Both the position numbers and the translations under genes were made by a program. Below the pieces are notes generated by a model, which had not been told where the DNA came from, did no database searches, and saw only the letters and a program-made list of their open reading frames with translations. DNA of 64,000 bases from a virus (Duplodnaviria; Caudoviricetes), in IMG/VR virus record IMGVR_UViG_3300010203_000021, positions 7,014 through 71,013 of that record; one strand, written 5' to 3'. Below are positions 26,892 to 37,203 of this stretch, piece after piece. Within the stretch, counting starts at the first letter, position 1, and each line of letters starts with the position of its first letter.

Positions 26892-28335
26892 AAAACTCGA
26901 ATATGACTGGCTGTTCTGGGCGCGTCCTGATCAACTGCTTCCTCCGCCGCGGGCGGATGACGATCCCCGGGGCGATTGGGTTTACTGGCTTCCGCTTGCC
27001 GGACGTGGCTGGGGTAAAACTCGCACAGGGGCTGAGACGGTTCGGGCATGGGTCAATGCGGGGTTCGATTATGTGAACCTGATCGGCGCGACGACCGACG
27101 ACGTGATTTCGGTCATGATTGAGGGCGAGTCTGGCATTCTCGCGATTTGTCCCAACGGAGAGCGCCCGCGGTTCAATTCGAACAAGCGCCGGCTCGAATG
27201 GCCCAACGGGGCCAAGTCGATGTATTTCTCGGCCGAGGAACCGGAGCGCCTTCGAGGCAAACAGCATTCAAAGCTATGGGCCGATGAGCTTGCATCGTGG
27301 CGTTATTCGGCGGCATGGGATCAAGCGCAATTTGGTCTGCGCCTCGGATCGAAGCCCCAGGCGATAATCACGACGACGCCGCGCCCGACACAGATCATGC
27401 GCGACTTGGTCGAAGATCCTTTGACCCATCTCACGCGCGGCCGTACTTACGACAATATCGGCAATTTGGCCGAGACCTTCCTGAATAAGGTCATCAAGAA
27501 ATACGAAGGAACCCGCCTCGGTCGACAGGAGCTTGAAGCTCACCTGTTGATGGACGTCCCTGGCGCGCTATGGAACCGGGCTATTCTGGACGCCGCCCGG
27601 GTCGTCAAAGTTCCGGCGTTTAAGCGGGTTGTGGTCGGGCTCGACCCCCCAGCGACAAGCGGCGAGGGCGCCGACGAGTGCGGAATTATCGTCGCCGGGC
27701 TTGGCGAAGACGATCACGGCTATGTGCTTGAGGATTGTTCAAGCCAGGGCGAGACGCCCAACGAATGGGCAAAGCGCGCTATTGCAGCCTATCACCGACA
27801 CGAAGCCTCTTGCATCGTCGCTGAGGTCAATAATGGCGGTGAAATGATCGCCACCATCATGCGCGCGATCGACGCGAATATCCCGGTGCGAGAGGTACGC
27901 GCCAGCCAAGGCAAGTTCACCCGGGCCGAGCCTGTATCAATGCTTTACGCGCAAGGGCGCGTCCACCATCAAGGGTCCTTCGCGACCCTTGAGGACCAAA
28001 TGTGCATTATGACTCCTGATTTCGATCGGAAAGCCATGAAGCTTTCGCCGGATCGTGTGGACGCGCTGGTCTGGGCGTTCAAGGAACTGATGCTCAAGGA
28101 CGCCGATGCTTCGGCCATTATTGAACACTACCGCCGCGAGGCCGCCAGCCGAACTAAACCGAAAGAATCAAACAAGAGCGAAATCGCGATTGCGCTGATT
28201 GCGCCCCCCCAAATTTCAACCGCCTACAGCATCACCGGCAAAATGTACCAAGTCGGCGCGAATGGGCGCGTTCTGGTTGAACCAGAGGACGTGGATGGGT
28301 TTGTCGCGTCAGGGTTTAGAAAGGAAAATGGATGA
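26803..28335 (+). CDS. terL: Terminase large subunit (start reassigned to GTG 26803)
   Basis: AGRGWGKT, LRGKQHSKLWADE, VGLDPP, DRVDALVWA; GAGG RBS before GTG. Confidence 0.95.
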   Translation: MTASLAASLASLPEDERAAILASLTDQEIEKLEYDWLFWARPDQLLPPPRADDDPRGDWVYWLPLAGRGWGKTRTGAETVRAWVNAGFDYVNLIGATTDDVISVMIEGESGILAICPNGERPRFNSNKRRLEWPNGAKSMYFSAEEPERLRGKQHSKLWADELASWRYSAAWDQAQFGLRLGSKPQAIITTTPRPTQIMRDLVEDPLTHLTRGRTYDNIGNLAETFLNKVIKKYEGTRLGRQELEAHLLMDVPGALWNRAILDAARVVKVPAFKRVVVGLDPPATSGEGADECGIIVAGLGEDDHGYVLEDCSSQGETPNEWAKRAIAAYHRHEASCIVAEVNNGGEMIATIMRAIDANIPVREVRASQGKFTRAEPVSMLYAQGRVHHQGSFATLEDQMCIMTPDFDRKAMKLSPDRVDALVWAFKELMLKDADASAIIEHYRREAASRTKPKESNKSEIAIALIAPPQISTAYSITGKMYQVGANGRVLVEPEDVDGFVASGFRKENG

Positions 28336-28805
28336 GCATTTCGCTGAAAGCCCGTGACGGGCTGACCGGTCAAATCAACGCCAGCCGGTCAGGCAAAGTC
28401 TATCAGATCGCCGAGAACGGGCGTGTGGACATTGATCCTGCGGATCTGCTGGACCTGCTCAACGCCGGGTTCACCTATTGGCAGAAACCTGCACTCGTGG
28501 CGCCTGTTTTCACTACTGCGGCGATCGAGGCTGCAGTTGCGGCTGCTTCCGCTTCAATAAGCAATTCAGCTGCGAGTAAAGCGGCCAACCCCACCGTCGA
28601 AGCCACCATCGCGACCACCGCCCCGGTCGAGAGCGTCGCCGCCGCGCAGACGCAGGAAAGCCCCGTCGCCGCTGCGGCGCCGACCGACGCCATCACGCCG
28701 GCAACTGCTGATCCTGCTCCTACGGCGATCGCCACCGAAGTCGCCGCGCCGGGCCCCGAAGCTCAACCCGCGTCGGCTGGCGCCACCCTCGTCGGAGGAC
28801 AGTAA
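28332..28805 (+). CDS. Virion-associated protein: small beta domain plus Ala/Thr/Pro-rich tail
   Basis: Between terL and portal; shares a domain with the TerL C-terminus. Confidence 0.7.
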   Translation: MSISLKARDGLTGQINASRSGKVYQIAENGRVDIDPADLLDLLNAGFTYWQKPALVAPVFTTAAIEAAVAAASASISNSAASKAANPTVEATIATTAPVESVAAAQTQESPVAAAAPTDAITPATADPAPTAIATEVAAPGPEAQPASAGATLVGGQ

Positions 28806-28807
28806 CC

Positions 28808-29089
28808 ATGACGCATCAGATGATGCCGCCGCCCGGCGGCGCGACCACGAGAGTCAGTGGGCGCGCCTATACAGCCGCATCGGGAACCGCCATCACGGTT
28901 CAGGACTCGGATGTCACCGCGCTCGAAGCGAATGGCTGGATCGACGTCGCCACCGGCGGCGCCAACACCACGGCGAACCGCCCGATCAATCCGCCCAAGA
29001 ACACAATGTTTCACGACCAAACGCTTGGCTACAACGTGATTTGGGACGGCCGCACCTGGCGGAACCCCGCTACAGGCGCCGCAGTGTGA
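28808..29089 (+). CDS. Small virion-associated protein
   Basis: Same small domain plus RPINPP..TMFHDQTLGYNVIWDG.TW tail. Confidence 0.7.
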   Translation: MTHQMMPPPGGATTRVSGRAYTAASGTAITVQDSDVTALEANGWIDVATGGANTTANRPINPPKNTMFHDQTLGYNVIWDGRTWRNPATGAAV

Positions 29090-29147
29090 AAGGCGCCATC
29101 GAGCGCGTTGGCGAAGAAAAGCAATCTGAGCAATTGAGGACGAACTG

Positions 29148-32048
29148 ATGGCGGAGCGTGGCGAAGGTTTGCCCCAATGGTCGCTGTCGCCCGCCACGGT
29201 GAACATCTCTTATGGCCAGCAGCCTGGAAACCAGGCCGCTGGCGTTGGAACGGGAGCCGGGTGGTTTGACCCGCTCACGCCCCTTGCGCCGCTCGCTCCC
29301 AACAGTGTGGCCGGGCGCCAGTTCGATTTCCCGGCTGGCTACAATATCCAGACACAGCCGCGCGCTTACGAGGGAATCACCTTCGTCAATTTGCGCATGT
29401 TGGCCGATGCCTACGATTTGCTGCGCCTTGTGATTGAAACGCGCAAGGATCAGGTCGAGCGCATGGAGTGGACGATCAAGGCCAAAAGCGGCGCCAAGGT
29501 CGACCAGGGCGAGATCGGCCGGATCACTGATTTTTTCAATTCCCCAGACGGCCCGGACGGCGAACACGATTTCGCGTCTTGGATGCGCGCGCTTCTGGAA
29601 GACCTGTTTGTGATCGACGCACCAGCGATTTGGTGCGAGCGCACCCGCGGCGGCCAGTTGATCGGCCTGCACCCGCTTGATGGCGCGACGATCAAGCCCG
29701 TCATCGACGCATGGGGCCGCCGGCCGCGCCCGGTCCAGTCATTTGGTCGGGTGATCTATCCGGTCGCCTATCAGCAGATTTTGAAGGGCCTCCCCGCCGT
29801 CGACTATACGGCGCGTGACCTGATTTATGCCCCGCGCAACCGCCGCGCCAATCGTGTTTACGGATTGGGGCCGGTCGAGCAAATCATCATGACGGTGTCG
29901 ATTGCCCTGCGCCGGCAGCAGCACCAGCTTAACTACTACACCGAGGGAAATATTCCCGAGTCCCTGATAGGCGTCCCGGACACATGGACGCCCGACCAGA
30001 TCAAGACGTTTCAAGATTACTGGGATATGTACTTCACCGGGGACAGCGCCAGACGCCGGCGCGCCAAGTTTGTGCCCGGCGGCGTGGCGAAAACGTTCAT
30101 TCAAACCCGCGAGCCTGAGCTCAAGAACGTCTTCGACGAATGGCTTGCTCGTGTGGTCTGCTACGCCTTCTCAGTTTCATCGCAACCCCTGATTAACCAG
30201 GTGAACCGCGCCACTGCTGAAACGCAGAAGGAAAGCGCGGAGGAAGAAGGGCTCTGGCCAGTCCTGAATTGGATCAAACGTCTCTGTGACCGCGTGATCC
30301 GGGATGAATTGAACCAGCCGAACGTTGAATTCGCGTGGGGCGGCGAGGACAAGACCGACCCGACCGTCCAGCGAGAAAATCTCGTATCTTATGTCAACGC
30401 CGGCATGATGACCCGCCGCCGCGCCGCCCAGATTATGGGTGAAGAACTGCCGCAGGACCCGGCCGTGGACACACTCATGGTTATGACGAGTTCTGGGCCT
30501 GTCCCTCTGGATCAATATCAACAGGCGCGGGAACAAGCTCAAGCCCTTGCGGAGACGCAAGCAAAGGCAGCACAAGCCCATGTGCAGGCGCAGCAGGCGG
30601 CGCCACAGGGGCAAGAAGGCAGCGCTGGGGGGGATGAGCCAGCCAAAAGCGAAACCGCCACCGGCGCGCCGCTGCGGACCACAGAGGACCCGGCGAAGCC
30701 GGAGCCGAAGCTTGAGGCCAAAAAGTTGGCCAAGGCTGACACCCGCACGCTCTACGTCAATCGTGCTTTGGAGAATGCTGATGATTTAATCGCTTGGGCG
30801 AAAGGGCAGGGGTTCGAAACCACACTTCAAGCCCAGGACATGCACGCTACCATCGTCTATTCCAAGACCCCGCTGGAGTGGCCGGAACCCAGCGAAGCCA
30901 GCAAGGTCACCGCGGGGAACGCGCAGGGGCGCTCAATCGAACGGTTCGGCGAAGACGCCGTTGTGCTGACCTTCAGTTCCGCACAACTCGCGGCTGACCA
31001 TGCGCGACTGCGCGCTGCGGGGGCATCAAGCGATTACCCCGAGTTCCGCCCCCATATCACCCTGACCTATGACGCCGGCGACATCGATCTGAATCAGGTC
31101 GAGCCCTACGCCGGTCCGCTGCATTTCGGCCCTGAGGTCTATCAGGAAATCAAGAAGGGCTGGGCTGACGGCATTGGCGAGAAGATGGCTTTTGCCCCAG
31201 CCGGAACTTTCACCAAGGCGGCGCCGAGCCCGAAAGCGCGCCGCGCGCATCGCGCCATCAAGGCGGTAATGCTCGACGTGTTCAAGACCGCGTCGGCCAA
31301 GGTCGCGAAGACGGTGCGGGATGAACTGTCCGAGAAAATCGGGAAGTTGGCCAAGGCCGAGGACGGTGACGACGATGGCCAAGGCTTGCCAAAGTCTCAG
31401 GCGTCCGATTTGGCCAAGTCAATTTCGGCCAAGGTGGACCTGTCAGCGTTCGATGATGCGGCTGGTGCCGTGGGGGACGCGCTGGCTGACTTCGCCGCCG
31501 ATGCCGCTGAGCAGGCAATCTTGCGCATAGGGCCGGACGTCGCCGACGGTTTGGTCGATCAGGTGAACGCCGGCGCCGTGGCGTGGGCGCGCGATCGGGC
31601 GGCGGAACTTGTCGGCAAACGCATCCTGCCGAATGGGGACATTATCGACAATCCGCGCGCTGAAATGGCGATCACGGGCTCAACGCGAGACATGATCCGT
31701 AACGCGGTGGCCGAGGGCCTTGAGCAGAACACAGGCATCGATGCCATTGTCGAAAAGATTGAGAGCCTGGCGTTCTCACCCGAGCGTGCGGACCTAATCG
31801 CCGAGGTCGAGGTTGGCAATGCGAACAGCAACGCGGCACTGATCGGGTTCAAGGGCGCGCGGGAGGGCGGGGTGAAAGTGAAAAAAGCCTGGTCCACAGC
31901 CCAGGACGAAAAGGTCGAGGAAGAATGCCGCAAAAACGAGGAGGCCGGCGCCATCGACCTTGACGATGTTTTCCCATCGGGGCACGCTGCTCCTCTATGC
32001 CACCCGCGCTGTCGGTGCGCGCTGATTCCGGTTGTTGAGGACGATTGA
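29148..32048 (+). CDS. Portal protein fused to an Acb1-like 2H phosphodiesterase and a Mu gpF (MuF) head-morphogenesis domain
   Basis: N-terminal portal motifs (LLEDLFVIDA, LHPLDGATI, YGLGPVEQ); HATI and HITL 2H motifs at aa 566 and 636; C-terminal MuF ending PLCHPRCRC. Confidence 0.9.
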   Translation: MAERGEGLPQWSLSPATVNISYGQQPGNQAAGVGTGAGWFDPLTPLAPLAPNSVAGRQFDFPAGYNIQTQPRAYEGITFVNLRMLADAYDLLRLVIETRKDQVERMEWTIKAKSGAKVDQGEIGRITDFFNSPDGPDGEHDFASWMRALLEDLFVIDAPAIWCERTRGGQLIGLHPLDGATIKPVIDAWGRRPRPVQSFGRVIYPVAYQQILKGLPAVDYTARDLIYAPRNRRANRVYGLGPVEQIIMTVSIALRRQQHQLNYYTEGNIPESLIGVPDTWTPDQIKTFQDYWDMYFTGDSARRRRAKFVPGGVAKTFIQTREPELKNVFDEWLARVVCYAFSVSSQPLINQVNRATAETQKESAEEEGLWPVLNWIKRLCDRVIRDELNQPNVEFAWGGEDKTDPTVQRENLVSYVNAGMMTRRRAAQIMGEELPQDPAVDTLMVMTSSGPVPLDQYQQAREQAQALAETQAKAAQAHVQAQQAAPQGQEGSAGGDEPAKSETATGAPLRTTEDPAKPEPKLEAKKLAKADTRTLYVNRALENADDLIAWAKGQGFETTLQAQDMHATIVYSKTPLEWPEPSEASKVTAGNAQGRSIERFGEDAVVLTFSSAQLAADHARLRAAGASSDYPEFRPHITLTYDAGDIDLNQVEPYAGPLHFGPEVYQEIKKGWADGIGEKMAFAPAGTFTKAAPSPKARRAHRAIKAVMLDVFKTASAKVAKTVRDELSEKIGKLAKAEDGDDDGQGLPKSQASDLAKSISAKVDLSAFDDAAGAVGDALADFAADAAEQAILRIGPDVADGLVDQVNAGAVAWARDRAAELVGKRILPNGDIIDNPRAEMAITGSTRDMIRNAVAEGLEQNTGIDAIVEKIESLAFSPERADLIAEVEVGNANSNAALIGFKGAREGGVKVKKAWSTAQDEKVEEECRKNEEAGAIDLDDVFPSGHAAPLCHPRCRCALIPVVEDD

Positions 32049-32266
32049 CAAACCTTCGCCCTGTCTTCGTGGTGATGAAGGCCCCCGTCGGGATCGACGG
32101 GGCGGAGGAATTCGTTGGCGCCTTCTGGACCCATGAGGAAGCCAAGGCGGTTTGCCGCAAAGGGGGAACCTTTCGCATCGCCAGGATGGAGATCGGGCGC
32201 GTCTATCGCTCCGGTGAAATGCTGGATGTGCAGATCCTCCGATCGCTGAGCATCAAAGAACTTTAA
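32045..32266 (+). CDS. Small hypothetical protein
   Basis: TTGA coupling with the portal stop. Confidence 0.55.
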   Translation: MTNLRPVFVVMKAPVGIDGAEEFVGAFWTHEEAKAVCRKGGTFRIARMEIGRVYRSGEMLDVQILRSLSIKEL

Positions 32267-32333
32267 TCTTCGAACAAAGCTGAAACCTGACGGGCTCGCA
32301 TGTTGCGGGCCTTGTTGCATTGGAGAACCGCCG

Positions 32334-34019
32334 ATGTCCGGCCTGAACGTCTTTGTCCCGATCACGAAAATCGACGCGGCGAAGCGTCTGGTTTATGGCG
32401 TCGCTACCGCTGAACAGCCCGACCGGGCCGGCGAAGTCTGCGATTACGAGTCCACCAAGCCGCATTACCAGAAATGGAGCGGCGATATCGCCAAGGCTTC
32501 GGACGGCAAGAGCCTGGGCAATCTTCGCGCCATGCACGGCAAGGTCGCCGCCGGGAAGGTGACTGATATCGCCTTCAATGACAGCGCCAAGCAGGTCGAG
32601 ATTTGCGCAAAGGTAGTCGACGACACCGAATGGAAGAAGGTCGAGGAGGGAGTCTACACCGGCTTCAGCCAGGGCGGCGCGTACGAAAAGCGTTGGACGG
32701 ACCCGGAAAACCCTGGATTGACGCGCTACACCGCTATTCCCTCGGAAATCTCGCTGGTGGATCTTCCTTGCCTCCCGGGCGCGACGTTCTCGTTCGTCAA
32801 AACTGATGGTTCGACCGAACTGCGCAAGTTCCATGAGCCGGCGCCGGCCGCGGCCAAGGAACCGACAAACGCCGAAATTGCTGAAAAGGCCACGGAATTG
32901 GCGAAAGCGGCGGGGAACGAAACAAAATGGGTTGAGCATCTGGACGCCGCGCGCGCTGAGCTGATGAAAGCGGCGGCGCCGGTTGACAAAGGCCCCAATA
33001 CGAACGCCGAGCCGGTCGCGGAGGCGGTCAAAACGGCTGGATCGGGGGACATGGCTGACCTGGGAGCCAAGCCCGAGACCCCTGTCAACAGCGACGGTGT
33101 CGAACAGGTCTGGAAGGCCAAGGACGGCTCCACGTTCGCCAAGAAGGCTGACGCCATCGCGCACAATGCGCATTTGGATGCTCAAGCCGCCGCGAAGGCG
33201 GTCGCCGGCCCAGCCGAAGCCGCGCTCGCCGCATTGGAGGCAAAATTCGGCAAGGGTACCGAACAGGACGCCAAGGCCATTACCGCCGCCAATGAGGGTG
33301 AGAAGATCGCCGAGGCGCTAAAAGCTGCGCGCGGTGAGTTCCAAAAGGCGCTCGCCGGTGCGTTTGAAGGCGACGACCTTGCGAAATACATCGGGGAAGA
33401 AGCTTGGGACGCCGCACAGGCGATCCAGGCGGTGAATTCGATTTTCTCGCTGCTCGTTGGGGAAATGGGAGAAGCCGAAGATCATCCGGAACAGATCGCT
33501 GCGTTGCGCGCCGCCATCGCGAGCCTCAAGGATTTCATCGTCTCGGAGATCCAGGAGGACAACGACCCCGACGCCGCGATGGAGCGCGCCGTTGCCGCTC
33601 TCGATCTCGCCAAGAAGGGCGCGCGCAACAGTGCTAAGGACGCCAGTCGCATCCAGGCTGTCCACGATCACTCGTGCGGGCTCGGCGCCAAGTGCAACAA
33701 GGACAATTGCGGCGATGACGCCGAAAAGGCCATGGCGGCGGATCAGATGGCCAAGGTGGTCGCTGAAAAGGACGCCCTCAAGGCGCAGATCGAGGCACTC
33801 ACTAAGCGCGTCGAGGAAATCGCGGCCATGCCGATGCGCCCTTATTGGGCGCCGGGAACGCAGCCGATCGACAAGGCGGCCGATAATGGCCAAGGCCAGC
33901 TGAGCCCGGTCGAACAGGATTTCGTCAAGCTCCCCCCCGACGAACAGGCCAAGGTGCTCTTCAAGCTCGCCCAGCAGCAGGGCAAACCCATTCTCGCCCG
34001 CGGCACCAGCCAGGGGTGA
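32334..34019 (+). CDS. Prohead protease/scaffold fusion
   Basis: KIDAAKRLVYG, MHG, GVYTGFSQGG, EISLVDLPC protease-like N-terminus; Ala/Glu/Lys-rich coiled-coil C-terminus; precedes the capsid gene. Confidence 0.85.
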   Translation: MSGLNVFVPITKIDAAKRLVYGVATAEQPDRAGEVCDYESTKPHYQKWSGDIAKASDGKSLGNLRAMHGKVAAGKVTDIAFNDSAKQVEICAKVVDDTEWKKVEEGVYTGFSQGGAYEKRWTDPENPGLTRYTAIPSEISLVDLPCLPGATFSFVKTDGSTELRKFHEPAPAAAKEPTNAEIAEKATELAKAAGNETKWVEHLDAARAELMKAAAPVDKGPNTNAEPVAEAVKTAGSGDMADLGAKPETPVNSDGVEQVWKAKDGSTFAKKADAIAHNAHLDAQAAAKAVAGPAEAALAALEAKFGKGTEQDAKAITAANEGEKIAEALKAARGEFQKALAGAFEGDDLAKYIGEEAWDAAQAIQAVNSIFSLLVGEMGEAEDHPEQIAALRAAIASLKDFIVSEIQEDNDPDAAMERAVAALDLAKKGARNSAKDASRIQAVHDHSCGLGAKCNKDNCGDDAEKAMAADQMAKVVAEKDALKAQIEALTKRVEEIAAMPMRPYWAPGTQPIDKAADNGQGQLSPVEQDFVKLPPDEQAKVLFKLAQQQGKPILARGTSQG

Positions 34020-34147
34020 ATTCCAGTGCGCCAGAACCGGGGACGGGAACGGCGCACCTACCAAACCAACATGAAACCATCAGCGATTGAACGGCGTGCC
34101 GGAGACGGCGGCGGCGAACGGTTGGCTGCAACTTTCTGGACAGGAAA

Positions 34148-35662
34148 ATGAACGACCACGTCAACGTCCTCGCCGCCATGAAGAAAGCGCACGAGGCGCC
34201 CATCACCGACCCGCGCCTTGCCGCGATCGCTGGGCTCGAAAAGTCCACCTTTGCGCAGGCGGTCTCCGCCACCTCCGGCCTCACCTATTACGACCTCGAG
34301 ACCGGCGCGAAGCTCCTCTACCCGGTTTTGACCCCCCTTCGCAATGAAACGCCCCGCGTTTCGGGCAAGGGCGGCATTCAGGCCGCTTGGCGCGGCGTGA
34401 CCGCGATCAATACCTCGGGCCTGCGCGTCGGCGTCTCCGGCGGCAACCGTGGCGGCGTGATGGCCGTCACCACCAAAGACTACAGCGCCTCCTATAAGGG
34501 GATCGGCATCGAGTCCAACGTCGACTTCGAAGCGCAGTATGCCGGCCAGGGCTTTGACGACATCCGCGCGCTCGCGGCGCGCCAAGGTCTCGAAGCCCTC
34601 ATGCTCGGGGAGGAAGCCCTGATCCTCGGCGGCAACAGTGGCGCGAATCTCGCGCTAGGCACGACCCCGACCCCGACTCTCACCGGCTCGACCTCCGGCG
34701 GCGCGCTCGCAGCGCAGACTTGGTCCGTGATCTGCGTCGCCCTGACGCTTGACGGCGTGATCAACGGCTCGGTCGCCGGCGGCATTCAGGCCTCCATCAC
34801 CCGCACCAACGCCGACGGCTCGTCGGACACCTATGGTGGCGGCGCGGCGCGCAAATCCTCCAGCGCCACCGTGGCGACCACCGGATCGACCTCATCGATC
34901 TCGGCCTCCGTCGCCGCAGTCAACGGCGCTCTCGGCTACGCCTGGTTCTGGGGTGCGGCGGGCTCCGAACTGCTCGGCGCCATCACCACGATCAACTCCG
35001 TGGTCGTCACCGCCGCCGCGACGGGAACCCAGACGGCCGCCTCGCTCCCGGCCACCGACTATTCGGGCAATTCGCTCGTTTTCGACGGTCTTCTGACCCT
35101 GGCGCAGTCCTCGGGCTCGGGCGCCTATGTGCTGACACAGCCGACCGGCACGGCTGGCGCGGGCACGCCGCTGACTGCGGACGGCGCCGGCGGCATCGTG
35201 GAAATTGATCAGGTCCTGAAATACCAGTGGGACTATTACCGCCTGTCGCCCGACACGATCTGGGTCTCCTCGCAGGAAGCCCAGAACATCGGCAAGAAGA
35301 TTCTCGCCGGCGGCACGTCGGCGGCCCAGCGGTTTGTGATCCAGACCACGCCGGACGCCCTGGCGGGCGGCATCATGGCCGTCGCCTATCGAAACAAGTT
35401 CTCGATGGCCGGCGCCAAGACGCTGGACATCAAGATCCACCCGAACCTGCCGAACGGCACGACGCTGTTCACGTCGAAGTCGCTGCCCTATCCGCTGGCG
35501 AATGTCGCCAACGTGTTCCAGATTCGGACGCGCCAGGACTATTACCAGATCGAATGGCCGCTGCGCTCGCGCAAGTACGAATACGGCGTCTATGCCGACG
35601 AGGTGCTTCAGCACTTCTTCCCGCCGTCCATGGCCGTTATCACCAACATCGGCAACGGCTGA
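34148..35662 (+). CDS. Major capsid protein
   Basis: Position and size; LTYYDLE, PVLTPLRN.TPRV, KIHPNLP.GT; internal Thr/Ser/Gly-rich insertion. Confidence 0.88.
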   Translation: MNDHVNVLAAMKKAHEAPITDPRLAAIAGLEKSTFAQAVSATSGLTYYDLETGAKLLYPVLTPLRNETPRVSGKGGIQAAWRGVTAINTSGLRVGVSGGNRGGVMAVTTKDYSASYKGIGIESNVDFEAQYAGQGFDDIRALAARQGLEALMLGEEALILGGNSGANLALGTTPTPTLTGSTSGGALAAQTWSVICVALTLDGVINGSVAGGIQASITRTNADGSSDTYGGGAARKSSSATVATTGSTSSISASVAAVNGALGYAWFWGAAGSELLGAITTINSVVVTAAATGTQTAASLPATDYSGNSLVFDGLLTLAQSSGSGAYVLTQPTGTAGAGTPLTADGAGGIVEIDQVLKYQWDYYRLSPDTIWVSSQEAQNIGKKILAGGTSAAQRFVIQTTPDALAGGIMAVAYRNKFSMAGAKTLDIKIHPNLPNGTTLFTSKSLPYPLANVANVFQIRTRQDYYQIEWPLRSRKYEYGVYADEVLQHFFPPSMAVITNIGNG

Positions 35663-35768
35663 CCGCGAGTTGCGCCGGGGAGCTCTTTTCCTCGGCGCCC
35701 GGCGCGACAAAGGGGCGGTGTGTCGGTGCGCGCCGCCCCGGATCGCGCAAACAGCAAGAGGGAAATCC

Positions 35769-36359
35769 ATGTCTCAAATTCGTATGCGGCCGCCAGAAGG
35801 CGTGTCTGGGTTCAGTTTTCGCGGTTCGAATATCGACCTGTCGCGTGGATATATTGATGTGTTCCCCGATCAGGTGGACGAGCTCCGCTCGCACAGTTTC
35901 ACGGTCGACGGCGGCGACGAAGCTCTGGACCGCGCGGGGCTGCTGGCGAAATTCGCCATTGCGGCCCGCAACTGTGCGGAAACGTGGCCCGACGAGGGGC
36001 TGCGCCTGGTTATGGGCCTGAATTTCGAGGCGCACCGCGCGCTGTTCGACGGCTTGCTTAAGGTGGCGGCCTTGGGCGCCGCGCCTCCCACCGTGGTCGG
36101 ACCGGCCGATGGAGCAGCGGAAGAACCTGCCGCAGTCGTCGAGCCCACGCCGCCGGCCGCCGTCGGGCCTGTTCCCGATGACTCCACCGCGCCGGCTGGT
36201 GCAGGCCCTGCGTCTGCGCCCGACACCTTTTCGACCATGGAGCGCGCCGAACTGTTTGCCTTCCTAAAAGAGCGGGGCGTTTCCGCGCACAGTGCTACCG
36301 GGACTGAAACATTGCGCGCCATTGCGCGGGAACACGCCGCTCAGGTCGGCGGGGGCTAA
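35769..36359 (+). CDS. Post-capsid protein (small beta domain, linker, C-terminal HeH-like helices)
   Basis: GAGGG RBS; MERAELFAFLKERGVS...TETLRAIA C-terminus. Confidence 0.65.
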   Translation: MSQIRMRPPEGVSGFSFRGSNIDLSRGYIDVFPDQVDELRSHSFTVDGGDEALDRAGLLAKFAIAARNCAETWPDEGLRLVMGLNFEAHRALFDGLLKVAALGAAPPTVVGPADGAAEEPAAVVEPTPPAAVGPVPDDSTAPAGAGPASAPDTFSTMERAELFAFLKERGVSAHSATGTETLRAIAREHAAQVGGG

Positions 36360-36368
36360 GAGGGGCAA

Positions 36369-37199
36369 ATGGCCGCGCCGAATGATCTTGTCTCGCTGCA
36401 GGACGTCAAAGCCTTCCTCGGCGTGCAAAGCGGAAACGACGACGCCCTGCTCACCGGCATGATAGCGGGCGTCAGCCAGGCGATCCGAAATTATCTGAAC
36501 CGCCCCTTTTTTCTGCCGAAAGTCGTCACCGAGAACTATGACGGGATCGGCGGCGATGCGCTCCTGCTGCGAAATTGGCCGGTGACGTCGGTTCAATCGG
36601 TTTCGGTAAATGGTCAGATTGTCCCGCCGGCGCCGACACCTGGTCCCAATGTCGCACCGGGCGCAGGCTGGCAATTGGAGGATGACGGCGGCATCCCTCC
36701 AGGCGCAATGCAACGCATCTTCTTGACAGGTTACAGCTTTGCCAAGGGGCGTCGCAATGTGACGGTGACTTACCGCGCCGGATATCAGCTCATCGGCGAG
36801 CACGCCACAATTCCGGCCGGCGGCGGCCAGATCGCACCGGAACAGCCTCATGGAGCTTGGGCCAGCGATCAGGGGGTCGCTTTCGCTGACGGAACTGTGT
36901 TGACTGCAGTGAGTGGGGCGCCGAACGCGGGCCAATATTCGGTCAACGCCGCCATCATCAGGTACACTTTCGCTGCCGCGGACGCCGGTAAGGCCGTGTT
37001 GCTTTCCTACGGCTATATCCCGTCGGCGCTTGCTGACGCGGCGAAAGAGTGGATCGCGGACCGGTACAGGCACAAAGACCGTATCGCTCAGGTCAGCAAG
37101 TCTTTGGGTGGCCAGGAAACAACGGCATTCCGCATCACAGACATGCCTGGCTATGTGAAACTGCTGCTCGTCAATTTCAACTGCATCCTGTCGGTGTGA
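36369..37199 (+). CDS. Head-tail connector (gp6-like adaptor) with inserted beta domain
   Basis: LVSLQDVKAFLG...DDALL..MI..VS..I.NYLNR; VTVTYRAGY; YGYIPSALADA. Confidence 0.85.
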   Translation: MAAPNDLVSLQDVKAFLGVQSGNDDALLTGMIAGVSQAIRNYLNRPFFLPKVVTENYDGIGGDALLLRNWPVTSVQSVSVNGQIVPPAPTPGPNVAPGAGWQLEDDGGIPPGAMQRIFLTGYSFAKGRRNVTVTYRAGYQLIGEHATIPAGGGQIAPEQPHGAWASDQGVAFADGTVLTAVSGAPNAGQYSVNAAIIRYTFAAADAGKAVLLSYGYIPSALADAAKEWIADRYRHKDRIAQVSKSLGGQETTAFRITDMPGYVKLLLVNFNCILSV

Positions 37200-37203
37200 C
37201 GCC

